64,000 bases of DNA from Octopus vulgaris (taxonomy: Eukaryota), in assembly GCA_951406725.2 (NCBI GenBank), contig OX597814.1:140554001-140618000 (forward strand). The letters run 5' to 3'. The position numbers and the translations under genes are program-made. Below the pieces are notes generated by a model. It saw nothing but the letters and a program-made list of their open reading frames with translations, was not told the DNA's origin and did not search any database. Shown here piece by piece: positions 13,671-26,004 of this stretch (positions are counted from its first letter, which is position 1; each line of letters begins with the position of its first letter).

Positions 13671-14119
13671 TATTATTATGTAACTTAGATGGCCTCTGCA
13701 GAGAGAATGGGTGGGTACTACCTGTATTTCTCAAATTAAATAATAAGCAAAAATGTTAGTCAGGTGTTCAAATCTTTCCTTTGAAATTAGGTTGTCTTCT
13801 TCAGCTAAGTATGTAATTTTATCATGTCTTGGTTACTCAGCTTTATGTTGTGATATTTGTTAATAAAGGTTTTCAATTAGGAAACTCTTTTATTTTTCCA
13901 AATATTCTTGTAAATATTCAGATTTAGAACCAGCACCAAGTAGCTCCATGTTAAAATAGGCAAAAAAATAAAAACTATAAAAAACAAACAAAATAATTAT
14001 TTACACTGTTTGTGATTGCTCTATTTTAAACTAGAACACTGTTTAGTAATAAAGCAACTTAGTTAATGTTGAAATGTAAACTGATATCAAATTTAATTTA
14101 TTTTGTTTTATACTTTCAG

Positions 14120-14281
14120 ATACCCCATTAAAGAGTGGCAGCTATTAGGTACATTTGAATCAACTGAAGAACGAACAATTCATAAGTATCAAATAACAGA
14201 GGAAAATTATTCCAAATTTGTCAAGGTAGACATACTTGATCACTATGGCGAGGAGCATTTTTGTCCTCTCACTCTTTTCCG
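14120..14281 (+). CDS. SUCO: SUCO exon, SUN domain
   Basis: YPIKEWQLLGTF...KFVKVDILDHYGEEHFCPLTLFR; ttcag / gtaagt. Confidence 0.96.
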
Positions 14282-15163
14282 GTAAGTTCTAAGTTTATTC
14301 TTTGATTCTCTTACTTGTTTCAGCCATTGGATTGGCCATGCTCAGGCACTGCCTTCAAGAGTTTTCAGTTGATTGTATCAACTTAATTCATTTGTTTTAA
14401 CATTTGTTTTTCCATACTAGCATGGGTCGGATGAAGACTTATTTGAGGTTAGTGTTTTATGACTGGATGCTCTTTCTTTCATACACTCCCATGACGGTGG
14501 CACGTAAAAAGCACCATTCAAGCGTAGTCAATGCCAGGTTTGCCTGACTGGCTTCCGTGCCAGTGGAACGTAAAAAGCACTATCTGAACACGATTTGATG
14601 CCAGGCCCACCTGACTGCTCCTGTGCCAGTGGCACATAAAAAGCACCCACTACACTCTCAGAGTGGTTGGCATTAGGAAGGGCATCCAGCTGTAGAAGCA
14701 TTGCCAGATCAGATTGGAGCCTGGTGCAACTGCTGGTTTTCCAGACCTCAGTCAAACCATCCAACCCATGCCAGCGTGGAAACCAGACATTAAACGATGA
14801 TGATGATAATGCAGGATTACTTCTCAGTTCCACATATCAAGCACCCATGCTAGTACCATGAAATAGCATTGGTGCCGGTGCCATGTTGAAAGCACACAGT
14901 ACTAAAGCGGTTGGGTTAAGGAAGGACATCCAACTGTAGAAACCATGCCAAAATATACAATTGGTGCCTGGTGCAGCTCTCTAGTTCTTGTCAAACTATC
15001 CAACCCATATCAGCATAGAAATTGGGTGTTAAATGGTGATGATGATATCTTAAAAAGCTTTTGCACCTTGCATATCCTAATGATCTTTTATCTTCAAATT
15101 AGCATCTACGTAGGAATTGTTTTGGCATCATGTGATGGTGGTAAATGAGTATGACTGTCATAC

Positions 15164-15663
15164 AATCAAGGAGTCATATAACTGGTGTTTGGAAGGAAAT
15201 CAGGTAAAATTTAATGTCCAGGTTAACTGTTTAGTCTCCAATCTCAACCATTTTCATGCACATCTATGAACAAAAGCATTCTAGTACCCTCTTATTACCA
15301 TCAACGTTTTAAAAATTTATTTATGAAACGATTGGTAAATAAACAATCCTCCAACTCCTTGCCCTTTTCCTTCTCCATGAGGTAGTGATAGCTATTCCAA
15401 AAGTCCACCAACCAACTCCCACTACCTGTCTTGCAAGTGTAATAGTTTATTTACTAATCCTTTAGTAAAAATATTGACTGTCAATAATATGAATGTACCA
15501 CAGTCTAACTTTGATTATACTAGTATTTCTTACAGGAGGAAGGAGAGGCTATGAAGACTGCAAAGCAGGGAATAATTGAGATTGGGGACTAAACAGTTAA
15601 CGTGGACATTAAATTTTACCTGATTTCCTTACAAACACCAGTTATATATATGACTCCTTGATT
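15164..15663. mobile_element. MITE with ~84-bp terminal inverted repeats
   Basis: 15164-15247 is a near-exact reverse complement of 15576-15663. Confidence 0.75.
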
Positions 15664-16394
15664 AATCTGGCTAATTTTACTGAGAGCTGTTAAATTGGTG
15701 ACTCTTTCTATAAATACTGTTTATGTTCATTTGAACAATAAGAATTAATGGGAACCTTTGTTTTTTTTTGTTGTTTTTTTAAGATGTTGGCAATTAAATG
15801 TTTATGACACAATTTAAAAAGGCATTGGTGTATACAAGTTTTTATGTGCCATTACAAAGTATAACTGCTTTTGTTGCTTAAATTATCTTGTACAGCATTA
15901 ATGTGTACAAATTGTTTTTTTACTACTGAATGTTCCAATTTTCAAACATTAAATAGGTGAACTTAAATGCTGTGTGTTTGAGATACTTACTTCCCAATCA
16001 TGTCTTGGGTTCAGTCTCACTGTGTGGTACCTTGAATAAGTGGTTTCTGCTATAGACCCAACCAAAGTCTTGTGAATGTATTTAGTAGACAGAAACTAAA
16101 AGAAGCCCATTTTTTGTGCATGCTCGCTCACTCTTGCCTGGAAATCATGATAGATGTAAATGAGCATCATTGTCATACAAGCAAGGTGGTTTGTTTCCAA
16201 TCTTCTGTGAAAAACATGTCCGACTATGGGGAAATATTGCTTTGCTTGGAAACAGGTGAAGGTTGGCAACAAGAAGGGCCACAGAAAACTTATCCCATGT
16301 AAGTGTGGAAAAGGGGGCGTTAAATGATGACGATGATGATTTATTGTTTAACACGCCTTTGTTTCATTTTATTTTTTATTTATGGGTTTTTCAG

Positions 16395-16456
16395 GGTTTT
16401 TGGTTTCACTATTGAAGAAGATATGGAAAGTGATGTTAACCAGCACGACGATCTCG
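16395..16456 (+). CDS. SUCO: SUCO exon, end of SUN domain
   Basis: VFGFTIEEDMESDVNQHDDL completes the RVFG motif; ttcag / gtaaag. Confidence 0.9.
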
Positions 16457-16484
16457 GTAAAGCTAATTAAAATATTTTTATTTA

Positions 16485-16655
16485 CTGTATTTAATGGCAT
16501 AAACAATGCACAGGCATATTAGCTGCACCCCAATTTCAGTAGTATATATTCAGGAAATAAGTTTTGATGCATTAAAGCTTGTAATATAAGCCTAACTTCA
16601 CATATAGGACTTGGGGTAATTTTTTAAAAAAGTGCATCTTATTTACCATTTACAG
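16485..16655. mobile_element. pogo/Tigger-like MITE
   Basis: TA TSD; imperfect TIR ctgtatttaatggcataaacaatgcac / gtgcatcttatttaccatttacag. Confidence 0.6.
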
Positions 16656-17064
16656 TATTTCTTTAAAAATTTGTTTTAGTCCAGAGGAAAGGGTGGTCCT
16701 TTGAACTTGGCAGATTCTGTTGTAAATGTATTTGGATTTTGATAGTTAAATAAAAGAAGCAGTATGAGTTTTTCTGTAGCTATAAAGATATTTGTTACAT
16801 TCACTAAAAACTCAACTGAATTTCCAATCCACTCAGTGAAATGTTTAGATAAAAAGTCAATAGAAATGATTATGTCAAAACAATTGTGCATGTGTGTGTG
16901 TGTGTGCGCATGTATGTGTGTGCGTGTGTGTGTGTGTGCACATTTATGTGTATGTATATGAGATAAACCCAGTTGTTTGCATTTACAGAAATGTTGTTAT
17001 CATGTTGCAATATATTGAACTTGTTCTTTTGTTAATGGATTCTAATTCACCTTTTATATTTCAG

Positions 17065-17115
17065 ATGATGATGTACAAGATGAACCTCCAGTAAATTTAT
17101 TTGCTAGTGCTAAAG
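17065..17115 (+). CDS. SUCO: SUCO small exon (DDDVQDEPPVNLFASAK)
   Basis: ttcag / gtgtgg, phase 1-1; NLFASAK matches the SUCO NLLGSA-type motif. Confidence 0.85.
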
Positions 17116-17446
17116 GTGTGGATGTTTACCTCATTCATTCATTTCTCTCTCTCTCTCCCCACCCTTTCCATTTCCTCTCTCTCCTTAACACCATCCCTCT
17201 TTCTCTCCCCCCTTGATAATCTGCTGTGCTAGGTTGAGCAATGGAAATTTCTTCTCCTATTCTTTCTAATAAATAATCAAAAGATTTAAAATGCATAGAC
17301 ATGTTTGCATGTTCGTACAGATTAATTGTCAAATACATAAATGCGTATGCATACTTGATTTCTTCCATTTCTGGCTTCCACTTCCAGAGTATTTAATAAC
17401 TCTGTGTGTATGTGTGTGTTATAATAGGATGCCAAATTTCCAGATT

Positions 17447-17684
17447 TCATCATCATCATCCACTGTTTTGTCCCCGTTAATGAAGGTGGTTGGATCTACC
17501 TCAATGCCATAGCCACTTTGCCCAGTTTTGGGCGTCCTTTTTCAAACCAACCCTCCCAATCACCTCCTCCACCTTTTCCTCGGTCTACCTCACTTTCATG
17601 CTCTATTTAACTCAAACACAATCACCCTCCCCAGAACATGCCCTTCATCCCTTCTCAACACATGCTCAAACCACCTCACACTGT
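17447..17684 (-). mobile_element. RTE-clade LINE 3' fragment
   Basis: minus frame VRWFEHVLRRDEGHVLGRV...GRPRKRW followed by a (GAT)n tail. Confidence 0.8.
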
Positions 17685-17706
17685 CTTTTCTTTTGTCTGT
17701 CTCCAG

Positions 17707-17865
17707 ACACAGTTTTAAGGTTGGTGAAGCATGTACTGACAACCGGTAATGAACAGGCAAATAAAGAGAATGAAGATGGCAGTCAGGCTGGTCATCCTGA
17801 AGAAAGTAAATCCAATGCAACGTCTCAGAAGATCAAGACTCCTAATGCTACTATTCCATGTCAAG
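17707..17865 (+). CDS. SUCO: SUCO exon (DTVLRLVKHVL...TIPCQ)
   Basis: ctccag / gtaatt, phase 1-1, continues the conserved helix. Confidence 0.85.
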
Positions 17866-17989
17866 GTAATTAATTCCTTTGTCACATTTATTCCATGTCA
17901 GAAGCTTTCTTCCATCTTACTGCCATTCTAAATCACAAACCTACTTTGTTTATTGTTTTGTATCAGAGTGGAATTTCTTTTCCCTTTCA

Positions 17990-18204
17990 AAGGGGTGCTA
18001 AAAAGTTCTTGGCTTTGGGTAAAAGAAAATACAGGAGGATCAGTTGATTAGTATCTTATTTCAACATATTCCCCTCTCAGATCCACACACTTATTGCAGC
18101 AGTCCTCCAGTTTTTCTAAGCCCTGTAAAAGAACTTGGAAGGTTAGGCCTCCAACCAAGCCTTTCACAATACCCTTAAAGCCAGGAACTTTTCACCACTC
18201 CCTC
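17990..18204. mobile_element. Mariner-derived MITE
   Basis: TIR ggggtgctaaaaagttc / gaacttttcaccactccc; body encodes a mariner transposase C-terminal remnant. Confidence 0.75.
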
Positions 18205-18209
18205 ATACA

Positions 18210-18242
<33 letters not shown>

Positions 18243-18245
18243 TAT

Positions 18246-18359
18246 GGGGTGCTGAAAAGTTCCTGACTTTAAGGAAGCCCTGTAAAAAAACTCGGTAGGT
18301 TGGGCCTCCAACAGAAATTTCACAACACCCTTAAAGCCAGGAACTTTTCAGCACCCCCT
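18246..18359. mobile_element. Mariner-derived MITE, shorter adjacent copy
   Basis: TIR ggggtgctgaaaagttcctg / caggaacttttcagcacccc. Confidence 0.8.
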
Positions 18360-18690
18360 TCATATATATATTTACTGAAATATTGAGCTTTTGTAATTTT
18401 CAGTTTTGTACTTTAGTAGTCTTTCAATTTCAGTCAACTACTGTTCTGTCCTCTCCACACTTGCTTCTTCTCTGTATTCCTTGATTACTTCAACTGAACC
18501 TGCCCTGTTCCAAGCTTTGAGATCAAGTCCTTGATTCTGAGTATATCTCAATGTGTTGCTGCTTATCACAGCAATCCATGAGTCATGGTTTCTTTCCCTT
18601 CTCTCCCACCAATCTTGACAACCCCTTTAAAAAATGGTCTCATGTACTGCCCTTTCTCCACTGATGGAGCCATAAAAAAATGTTCTTTAA

Positions 18691-18907
18691 CCCTTTAGCA
18701 TTCAGATTTTTCTGTCAAATGAAATGCTTTTTTTATTCACATTGTTTTGAATTAACCATGCATTGTCTTGTAGCTTGGAGATTTCAATGATGTGATTATT
18801 TTTAGAATGACATTGTAGGGTATGTTTGAGAGGCCAGGTCTGACCAGTTTGAACATGAAACAAGCAGAATATTTGGGTCGGGTATGGCTGGTTTGAATGC
18901 TAAAGGA
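18691..18907 (-). mobile_element. piggyBac MITE
   Basis: ttaa-ccctttagcattc ... gaatgctaaagg; reverse of 37720. Confidence 0.85.
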
Positions 18908-19119
18908 TTGAAAGAGAGTGGGGGAAGCAAAAGCATTCAACTCAACTGAACTGTACTGTTGATAGTGAATGTTCAGTCTTGTCCTGGTATTGTAGAAGTC
19001 ATAGCATTTTCTTTTCGACAACTGCATGAAAATAAAAGGAATTATTGGTTAGGAGAATCAACTATATTTTTGTCATTTGAAGCAGTTTCATTCAGGCAAA
19101 GTATCTTATTTATTTACAG

Positions 19120-19204
19120 AAAATTGTTTAAACGGTACTCTAAAGAACGCCACCAACACCACATCCACCAATAGCACAGAGCTGCCATGTGTACCGCAAG
19201 TAAG
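19120..19204 (+). CDS. SUCO: SUCO exon (ENCLNGTLKNATNTTSTNSTELPCVPQVR)
   Basis: ttacag acceptor; gttagt donor gives the phase 2 needed by the next exon; rich in N-x-S/T sequons, fitting a lumenal region. Confidence 0.72.
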
Positions 19205-20396
19205 GTTAGTACTTTGATAAGTCACCAATTTCTCATTTTCTTTGAATTTGATTTTGCAATTTTTTAAAATACTTTTTATCTTTTACTTGTTTCAGTCATA
19301 GACTGCAGCCATGCTGGGGCACTGTCTTGAAGGGTTCAGTCGATCAAATTGACCCCAGTACTTATTTTTTAAGTTTGGTACTTATTCTATCGATCTCTTT
19401 CATTAAACTGCTAAGTAATGGTGGTATAAACAATCCGATGCCAGTTGTCCAGTGGTGGCGGTGGGGTGGGAACAAACACAAAGACACACACACACATTTA
19501 TATACAAGTTTCCATCTACCAAATTTACTAACAAGGTATTAGCCAGTCTGGAACTATAGTAGAAAACACTTGCCCAAGATGAGACTGAACTTGAAACCAA
19601 GTGGTTGTGATGAAAAAAACTTCTTAACCACACAGCCATGCCTGCTCCATAAAATACAATACTAAACACATTTTAAAACTGATTCCTAATTTTTACCGAC
19701 TATTTAGTAATGAATCTAGCGAAGTTCTTTATTGCTTCTATTCCCTGTATATCTTGCCTTTATTTGTGATATCAAGTGAGAAAGGAAGGCAATAAACCAT
19801 TGATTTAGTGACCATATAATTAATTTACAAAGTGTTATATTATAGTTCTTTTATCATTATTATTATTTTTCTTGAACCCTAGGAGTCATAAGGTTGGTTA
19901 CCCTGTTTTTATGATATCTAAGTGACCAAGATAACAACATTCCTTCTGAATGGGATGCAGGTGTGTTTCAGGATTCAAAACCAGCAAGTTTACTTGAGGG
20001 GATGGGGGCAAGTTGATTACATCAACCACAGTACTTGACTGGTACTTAGTTTTATTGACCCTGAATGAGATGGAAAGCAAAGTTGACCTCAGCAGCATTT
20101 GAACTCAGAACATAAAAGAGCTAGAAGAGACACCACTAAGCAATTTTTCTGACGTTTGTAATGGTTCTGCCAGCTGACTGCCTTAGCAACATTGAACTTT
20201 GTAATCAAAATTAAGATATCATAAATGAGACTGCCTGTGAGTAATTTTGTTTAAATTCTAAAATTACAAATTAAAATCAATTTGTGATTTCAGTTTTTCT
20301 GAACATATTGCTAGTGTCAAGTTGCAGTATAAATTAATGTAATTCACTCCCAATTCACATGAGAAAATATTATTCATACTGTTTTATATTTTGCAG

Positions 20397-20494
20397 GGTT
20401 AACGCTAGTACAACAACCAAAGCAATTGAGCCTTCTTCAGCAAGTGAACAGATACAGCCTTCGGTGCCTGAAGGTTCTGTCAGTCAAATACCAG
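20397..20494 (+). CDS. SUCO: SUCO exon (VNASTTTKAIEP...SQIP)
   Basis: ttgcag / gtaaga, open frame phase 2-1. Confidence 0.8.
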
Positions 20495-20965
20495 GTAAGA
20501 ATTATTTCTAATTTTCCTTGTAACAATTGAGACGTTTGGAAATTTTTTTTTCTCATTTTACCTATTATCTTTTGCTTGTTTCAAGTCATTGGACTATGGC
20601 CATGTTGGAACAAATCAAGCCCAGAATTTTTTTTAAGGTCTGAGACTTATTCTATTGATCTCTTTTGCAAAACTGCCAAGTTATGGGGACATAAATCAAC
20701 ACCAGGTGTCAAGCAGTGACAGGAGGACAACCACACTGATACACACACACTTGTGATGGGCTTCCACACAGTTTCCATCTACCAGATTCACTCACAAGAC
20801 ATTGGTCAGCCTGGAGCTATAGCAGAAGATGCCCAAGTTGCTGCCAATAGGATTGAACCTGATACCACATGGTTGCAAAGTAAGCTTTTCAGCCACACAG
20901 CCATGCATGCTATTTGAATTTCTGACTTACAAATCTTTTTATCTTTTTATTTTTTGTCTTTCCAG

Positions 20966-22229
20966 AAAGCTCTGTCCAGTCTCCCAGTGAAAAGTTAGTT
21001 ACTATATTAAATGATGATGAACAGGTTCCAATATCGGACACAGCTTCAAATGAACCAATGGTAAAGCTTATTGAAAGTGAAGAGCAACACCATCCTGCTG
21101 TTTTAAGCAGTTACATCACTTGCTGTCTTACATGCCCTTTGAAAAAAACTAGTACCAAGTATTCTAGCTCTCGGTCTTTAAAATGTCAGTTTTTGAAGAG
21201 AGTATCTGCCATTGCTACATCATCCAAAAAAGATTCCATTTCGTGGAAGGTTCCTCTTGTAAGTAAAATTGTCGAGGAGCCGTCTGCAGCTCATACGTCT
21301 GACACTGATTTACTCACTCAAAGTATTTTGCATTCAGCAGATCGTAAATCTGACCAAGACATTGTTACACTAGAAACTGAAACAAGTTCGTCACATTCAA
21401 CCAAACCTGCAAATTTAACAGTTTCAGAACCAACAGCAAGTCTCTATCCTAGCTCTGAAGTGCACACAGCTTTAAAAAATGAAAAAACTAAACTAACAGA
21501 TCAGAAATCTTCACAGAGTTCTGTTGTAGCACAAGTAATTTCAAAGGATGAACATTCTGAGTCTGAATCTGTCTCAAGTTTACCAAAGGAGGAGGTGAAT
21601 GAAACCAGTTTTGTCAGTGATATACCTTCTACGGAGCCAAAGACAGCTTCATCCAAAATGGCATCTTCAGGTGGAGTACCTGTTGATTTCCGGACTCCAG
21701 CCACTACACTTTATATCGAACCAAGTTCCACATCTGTAAAACAAGTTGAGCTAAATGGAGTCACATCCGAGCATTACGATTCCCATTTGTCCCCTTCCGA
21801 TCTTTTATTTTCAAAATCAGCATCTACTGCCTCCTTATTAGATAAACAAGATGTAACACTGGGTATCAAGTCTGACGACAAAGCTAAATTGAAGGAAACT
21901 GAGAGTAACATCATCACCACTGCAAGCCTTCCTAAAAGTGGGGAGGAAATGGAGCCAACTGGGGCAAATATTGTACCCACAAGAGTCTCTGACTCTCGTT
22001 CCAAAGCCGTAGTTCCAGAGTCTTCATCCATATCTATTTCATCAATGACACCCGAAGACAAAGTGGTGAAGGCTGTGAATATCACTGACCCTAAGGTAGA
22101 TAGTAAAGGTCGGCCTTTATACACATTAGTTCGTGTTGGTCTGCCACCAGCTGGAAAAAGAGAATCCGCTATAATGAGGCTGAATAACCGCATCAAAGCA
22201 CTGGAACTTAATGTCTCCCTCAGCAGTAG
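20966..22229 (+). CDS. SUCO: SUCO large exon, Ser/Thr-rich stalk to coiled-coil start
   Basis: 1264-nt open exon containing ORF 21058-22233 and ending GKRESAIMRLNNRIKALELNVSLSSR; tccag / gtaagt. Confidence 0.95.
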
Positions 22230-23028
22230 GTAAGTTGTTATTAACCATAAGGTTTTCATTTCTTCAATCTGAATTCATTTCTTGTTGTTGCTGTTTAGGC
22301 ACAAGTCAGCCCCCAATTGAATAGGTGTATGTGATCAAAGACATTCCAACCATAACCATCTTGTCTTTATTTTATTTTCAGACATGTACTATGGTCTGTT
22401 ATATCTATCATAGATTTTAAAGACAAAAAGGTATAGTTTGAACCAGAACTTTGGTTGCTGTTTCTAGCAGTCAAAGGTGCAGGACCTAGTTGTTAGTGTA
22501 TTGCACTCATAATTGTAAGATTATGGTTTCAATTCCAGGGCTAGGCAGTGTATTGTGTTCTTGAGCAAAATATTTCATTTTGCAACAAAAGAATTTAGAA
22601 ATTTCAAGAGAACATGAAATAATTCTTTTTTCAAACGATAGATCTCAAAGCAAATAAAGCTATAAATAAGAGTGCAAATATTGGTTTATAAAATCCCTTG
22701 GATAGAAAAAGTCAGTCTAGCCATGAAATGCAACCCATGCCTTCTGTAAATATGATAGGTGTTCTACCATTTCACATTGCCCCAGTTCACTCAGCTGTTA
22801 ATGAGTTCCAGCAATAGCTGGGAAGATAATGCTGAGATGGACTGATGTCCCGATCAGTGGGAAAAGCATTGTAATACCAGTCACTGATATGCTATGGAAA
22901 CGACATTAACCTTTGGCCTTATGAGTCCTCAGAGTCATGATAGACCTAGGTATTTCTAGCAGGCCAAGTAACCACATAGAGGCTTCTTCATTAGTTTGTT
23001 AATGAATTGTCTGAGGTAATTTATGAAT

Positions 23029-23263
23029 ATTTATTTCTTTATTACCCATGGTGGGGCTAAACAGAGGGGACAAACAAGGACAGACAAAGGGATTAAGTTG
23101 ATTACATCGACTCCAGTACACAACTAGTACTTGATTTATCGACCCCCAAAAGGAGGAAAACCAAAGTCAACCTCAGTGGAATTTGAACTCAAACAAAAGA
23201 CAAACGAGATATCACTAAGCATTTTGCCTGGCCTGCTAACATTTCTGTCAGCTCGCCACCTTA
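23029..23263 (-). mobile_element. SINE, same family as 8487
   Basis: TSD gtaatttatgaat; colinear similarity. Confidence 0.85.
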
Positions 23264-23461
23264 GTAATTTATGAATGCTGGTGGTCAAAAAGTGAATTTG
23301 TAAGAGATTAATAAAATTGCAGGAAATACCAAAGATTGCCATTTTTTTATTTTGTCATTCTAAGGCATAAAAGGCTGACTTTACATATTCTGTAAATCTT
23401 AGACTTGTTTCAGTCATTGGCCTGTGGCCATGCTAGGGCACCATGTTGAAATGATTTAGTT

Positions 23462-23776
23462 CAGATGTTATCAACTATTTTTTATTCACAAACCCCTTTG
23501 ATTATTTTATTTTATTTTTGGTGGACCACCACCCCCAATAACCATTCAATGTTTTTTTTTTCTTTTTCACACATTCATTTGTGTAGATTGAACTATATAA
23601 AATGTTAAAGAAAGGAACTGAGCTGTTTCTTGCAATACATACATCTGAAGTGGAATCTTTTTAGGGGTCCTTAAAATACTATTGTAGATGTCCCATTTAC
23701 TATTTTGTTGCATGGACACCCAAAAATTTTATATGGACCCTCTGGGGCCATATTGGACCCTGGTTGAGACCCACTG
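23462..23776. mobile_element. hAT MITE nested in a SINE
   Basis: cagatgttatcaac ... gttgagacccactg, TSD atttagtt / attgagtt; the SINE continues on both sides. Confidence 0.7.
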
Positions 23777-24241
23777 ATTGAGTTGAAGAAATCGCCCCCA
23801 GTACTTATTTTTTAAGTCTGGTACTTATTCTATCGGTTTCTTTGCTGAACCGCTAAGTTATGGAGATGTAAATGAATCAACAATAGCTGTGTGGGGTACA
23901 CACACACAATGTATGTATATATGTATATATATGCAACTGGTTTCCAGACACTATATATCTATTACATTCACTCATAAGGCTTTGGTCAACTCAGGGCTAC
24001 TGTAGGGAATCACTTGCCCAAGGTGCCATGCAGTGAGACTGCACCCAAAGCCACATTGTTGCAAAGTGAACTTCTTGACCACAAAGCCATTCCTGTGACT
24101 AATATTTTGGGGAATTTATTTGGTGGTAAAGAGTGGTCAGTTGCTGAACATTGGTAACATTAAGGACTGTCAAATAAACCTTTTGGTTAGAAGTGAAATA
24201 CTCTGACTTTTTATTAAACTGTAAACTTTTCTCTCTGGCAG

Positions 24242-24353
24242 ATTTCTGGATGAGTTGAGTCAACGATATCGCAAACAGTCAGAAGAAATGATGCATTTTC
24301 TAAACAAAACAGTGGCACGTCTTGGAAATGTAACAAAAAAGACTCAGGAAACG
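24242..24353 (+). CDS. SUCO: SUCO exon, coiled coil
   Basis: FLDELSQRYRKQSEEMMHFLNKTVARLGN; ggcag / gttggt. Confidence 0.93.
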
Positions 24354-25175
24354 GTTGGTACCATTTTTCAGATTTTTTTTTGAAACATCATCATTGATTA
24401 TCCATTAAATAATTTGTTTGATTGTTAATTATTGAACAATTCCAGTCATCATCATCATTTAACGTCTGCTGTTCTGTGCTTGCATGGGTCAGGCAGGATT
24501 TGTTAAAACAGATTTTTCTTCAGCCACATGCCCTTTCTATAACCAAGTCTCATTTGTTTCCAAGCCAAGTAATATTTTCCTGTAGCAAGACATGTTTTAC
24601 ATGGAAGACTGGAAACAAGCAACCTCACTAGTATGATGCTGATACTCTCTTAGAATCATTGTCTGATGTCTAGATAAAGGTTTAAATATACATGCATGTA
24701 CTTACACATACAAATATGTGTGTGCATATATATCATGGCACTCCATCGGTTACAACAACGAGGGTTCCAGTTGATACGATCAATGGAACAGCCTGCTCAT
24801 GAAATTAACATGCAAGTGGCTGAGCATGCCACAAGCACTTGTACACTTAGCGTAGTTCTCGGGGTGGGGGTGGAGGGTTCAGCATGACACAGAGTCTGAC
24901 AAGGCTGGCCCTTTGGAATACAGGTACAATAGAAACAGGAAGAAAGAGTGAGAGAAAGGTGTGATGAAAGAATACACCAGGGCTCGCTGCTGGCTTTCCA
25001 GACCTCAGTCAAACCATCCAACTCATGCCAATATGGAAAATGGATGTTAAACAATGATGATAATGAATTATTGGCATGTTAAAAAATTAAAATCGGTTGC
25101 TATATGTATACCATTTAACCATCTGTCATTTCTAAATCTTCTTATATTATGTTATAAAATTAATACTTATCAATA

Positions 25176-25631
25176 TCTATAAATCTGAAATGCGAAAAAG
25201 TTGTTTGATTTCTTGGTTATTTTTCTCATTCTGGGATGGAAACGGTTTAAGGGGTGGTAGATGGGGTCGGATTGGCGCCAAAATTTACACTGGGGGGTAA
25301 AATGGAGTGGGCAATGATGTGAGGAGGGTTGCAAGTTGCTGGGGCTACCGTTTGGTTGCCATGGTGAGGAATATGGGAAAAATTGAGTTTTATGGGATAG
25401 ACAGGTTGCACTGTTTGAATAATGGTGGCTTTTCATGTTGCTGCAGGGGCTAGAGGCGGTTATCTTTAATTGTGGGTGTAAAAATTTGGGGGATGTTGGA
25501 AAGGGGGGTAAAGAAGAGGGCAATAAGAAGAACCAGGCAAAGAAGACAAACAAAAGGAGGGAAAAGGAGACAACACGCACAAAACAACACCACCACCAAA
25601 ACCTGAACGAAGTACGGGTCAAAATAGCTAG
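25176..25631 (+). mobile_element. Non-autonomous Helitron
   Basis: A|TC 5' end, hairpin acctgaac-gaa-gtacgggt at 25601-25619, CTAG|T 3' end 8 nt later, no TSD. Confidence 0.8.
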
Positions 25632-25640
25632 TTTTATATT

Positions 25641-25858
25641 TATTTCTTTATTGCCCACAGGGGGCTAAACATAGAGGGGACAGACAAAGGGATTAAGTCG
25701 ATTACATTGATTCCTGTGCGTAACTGGTACTTATTTAATCAACCCTGAAAGAATGAAGGTCAACCTTGGCGGAATTTGAACTCAGAATGTAAAGGCAGGC
25801 CAAATACCACTAGGCATTTCGCCTGGTGTGCTAACGTTTCTGCCAGCTCACTGCCTTA
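25641..25858 (-). mobile_element. SINE, same family as 8487
   Basis: TSD ttttatatt; sits right after the Helitron end. Confidence 0.85.
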
Positions 25859-25899
25859 TTTTATATTATACTTCTTAACTGTAAATGTTTTATATTCAG

Positions 25900-26004
25900 G
25901 TTCAGAAGCATGAAATACATCTCACAATCTTGGAATCTAGACTAGACAACTTGACACTGGCAGTTTCTCAGCTCACTGAAAACATGGATAATTTAACAAG
26001 ACAG
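25900..26004 (+). CDS. SUCO: SUCO exon, coiled coil
   Basis: VQKHEIHLTILESRLDNLTLAVSQLTENMDNLTRQ heptads; ttcag / gtaatt. Confidence 0.9.

Noticed and set aside
16680-16745. Possible extra SUCO exon after ttttag
   Set aside because: No good donor, and the frame that fits gives no SUCO-like peptide; 16456 to 17065 already joins in frame
21501-22259. Minus-strand ORFs of 67 and 161 aa
   Set aside because: Antisense shadow of the large SUCO exon
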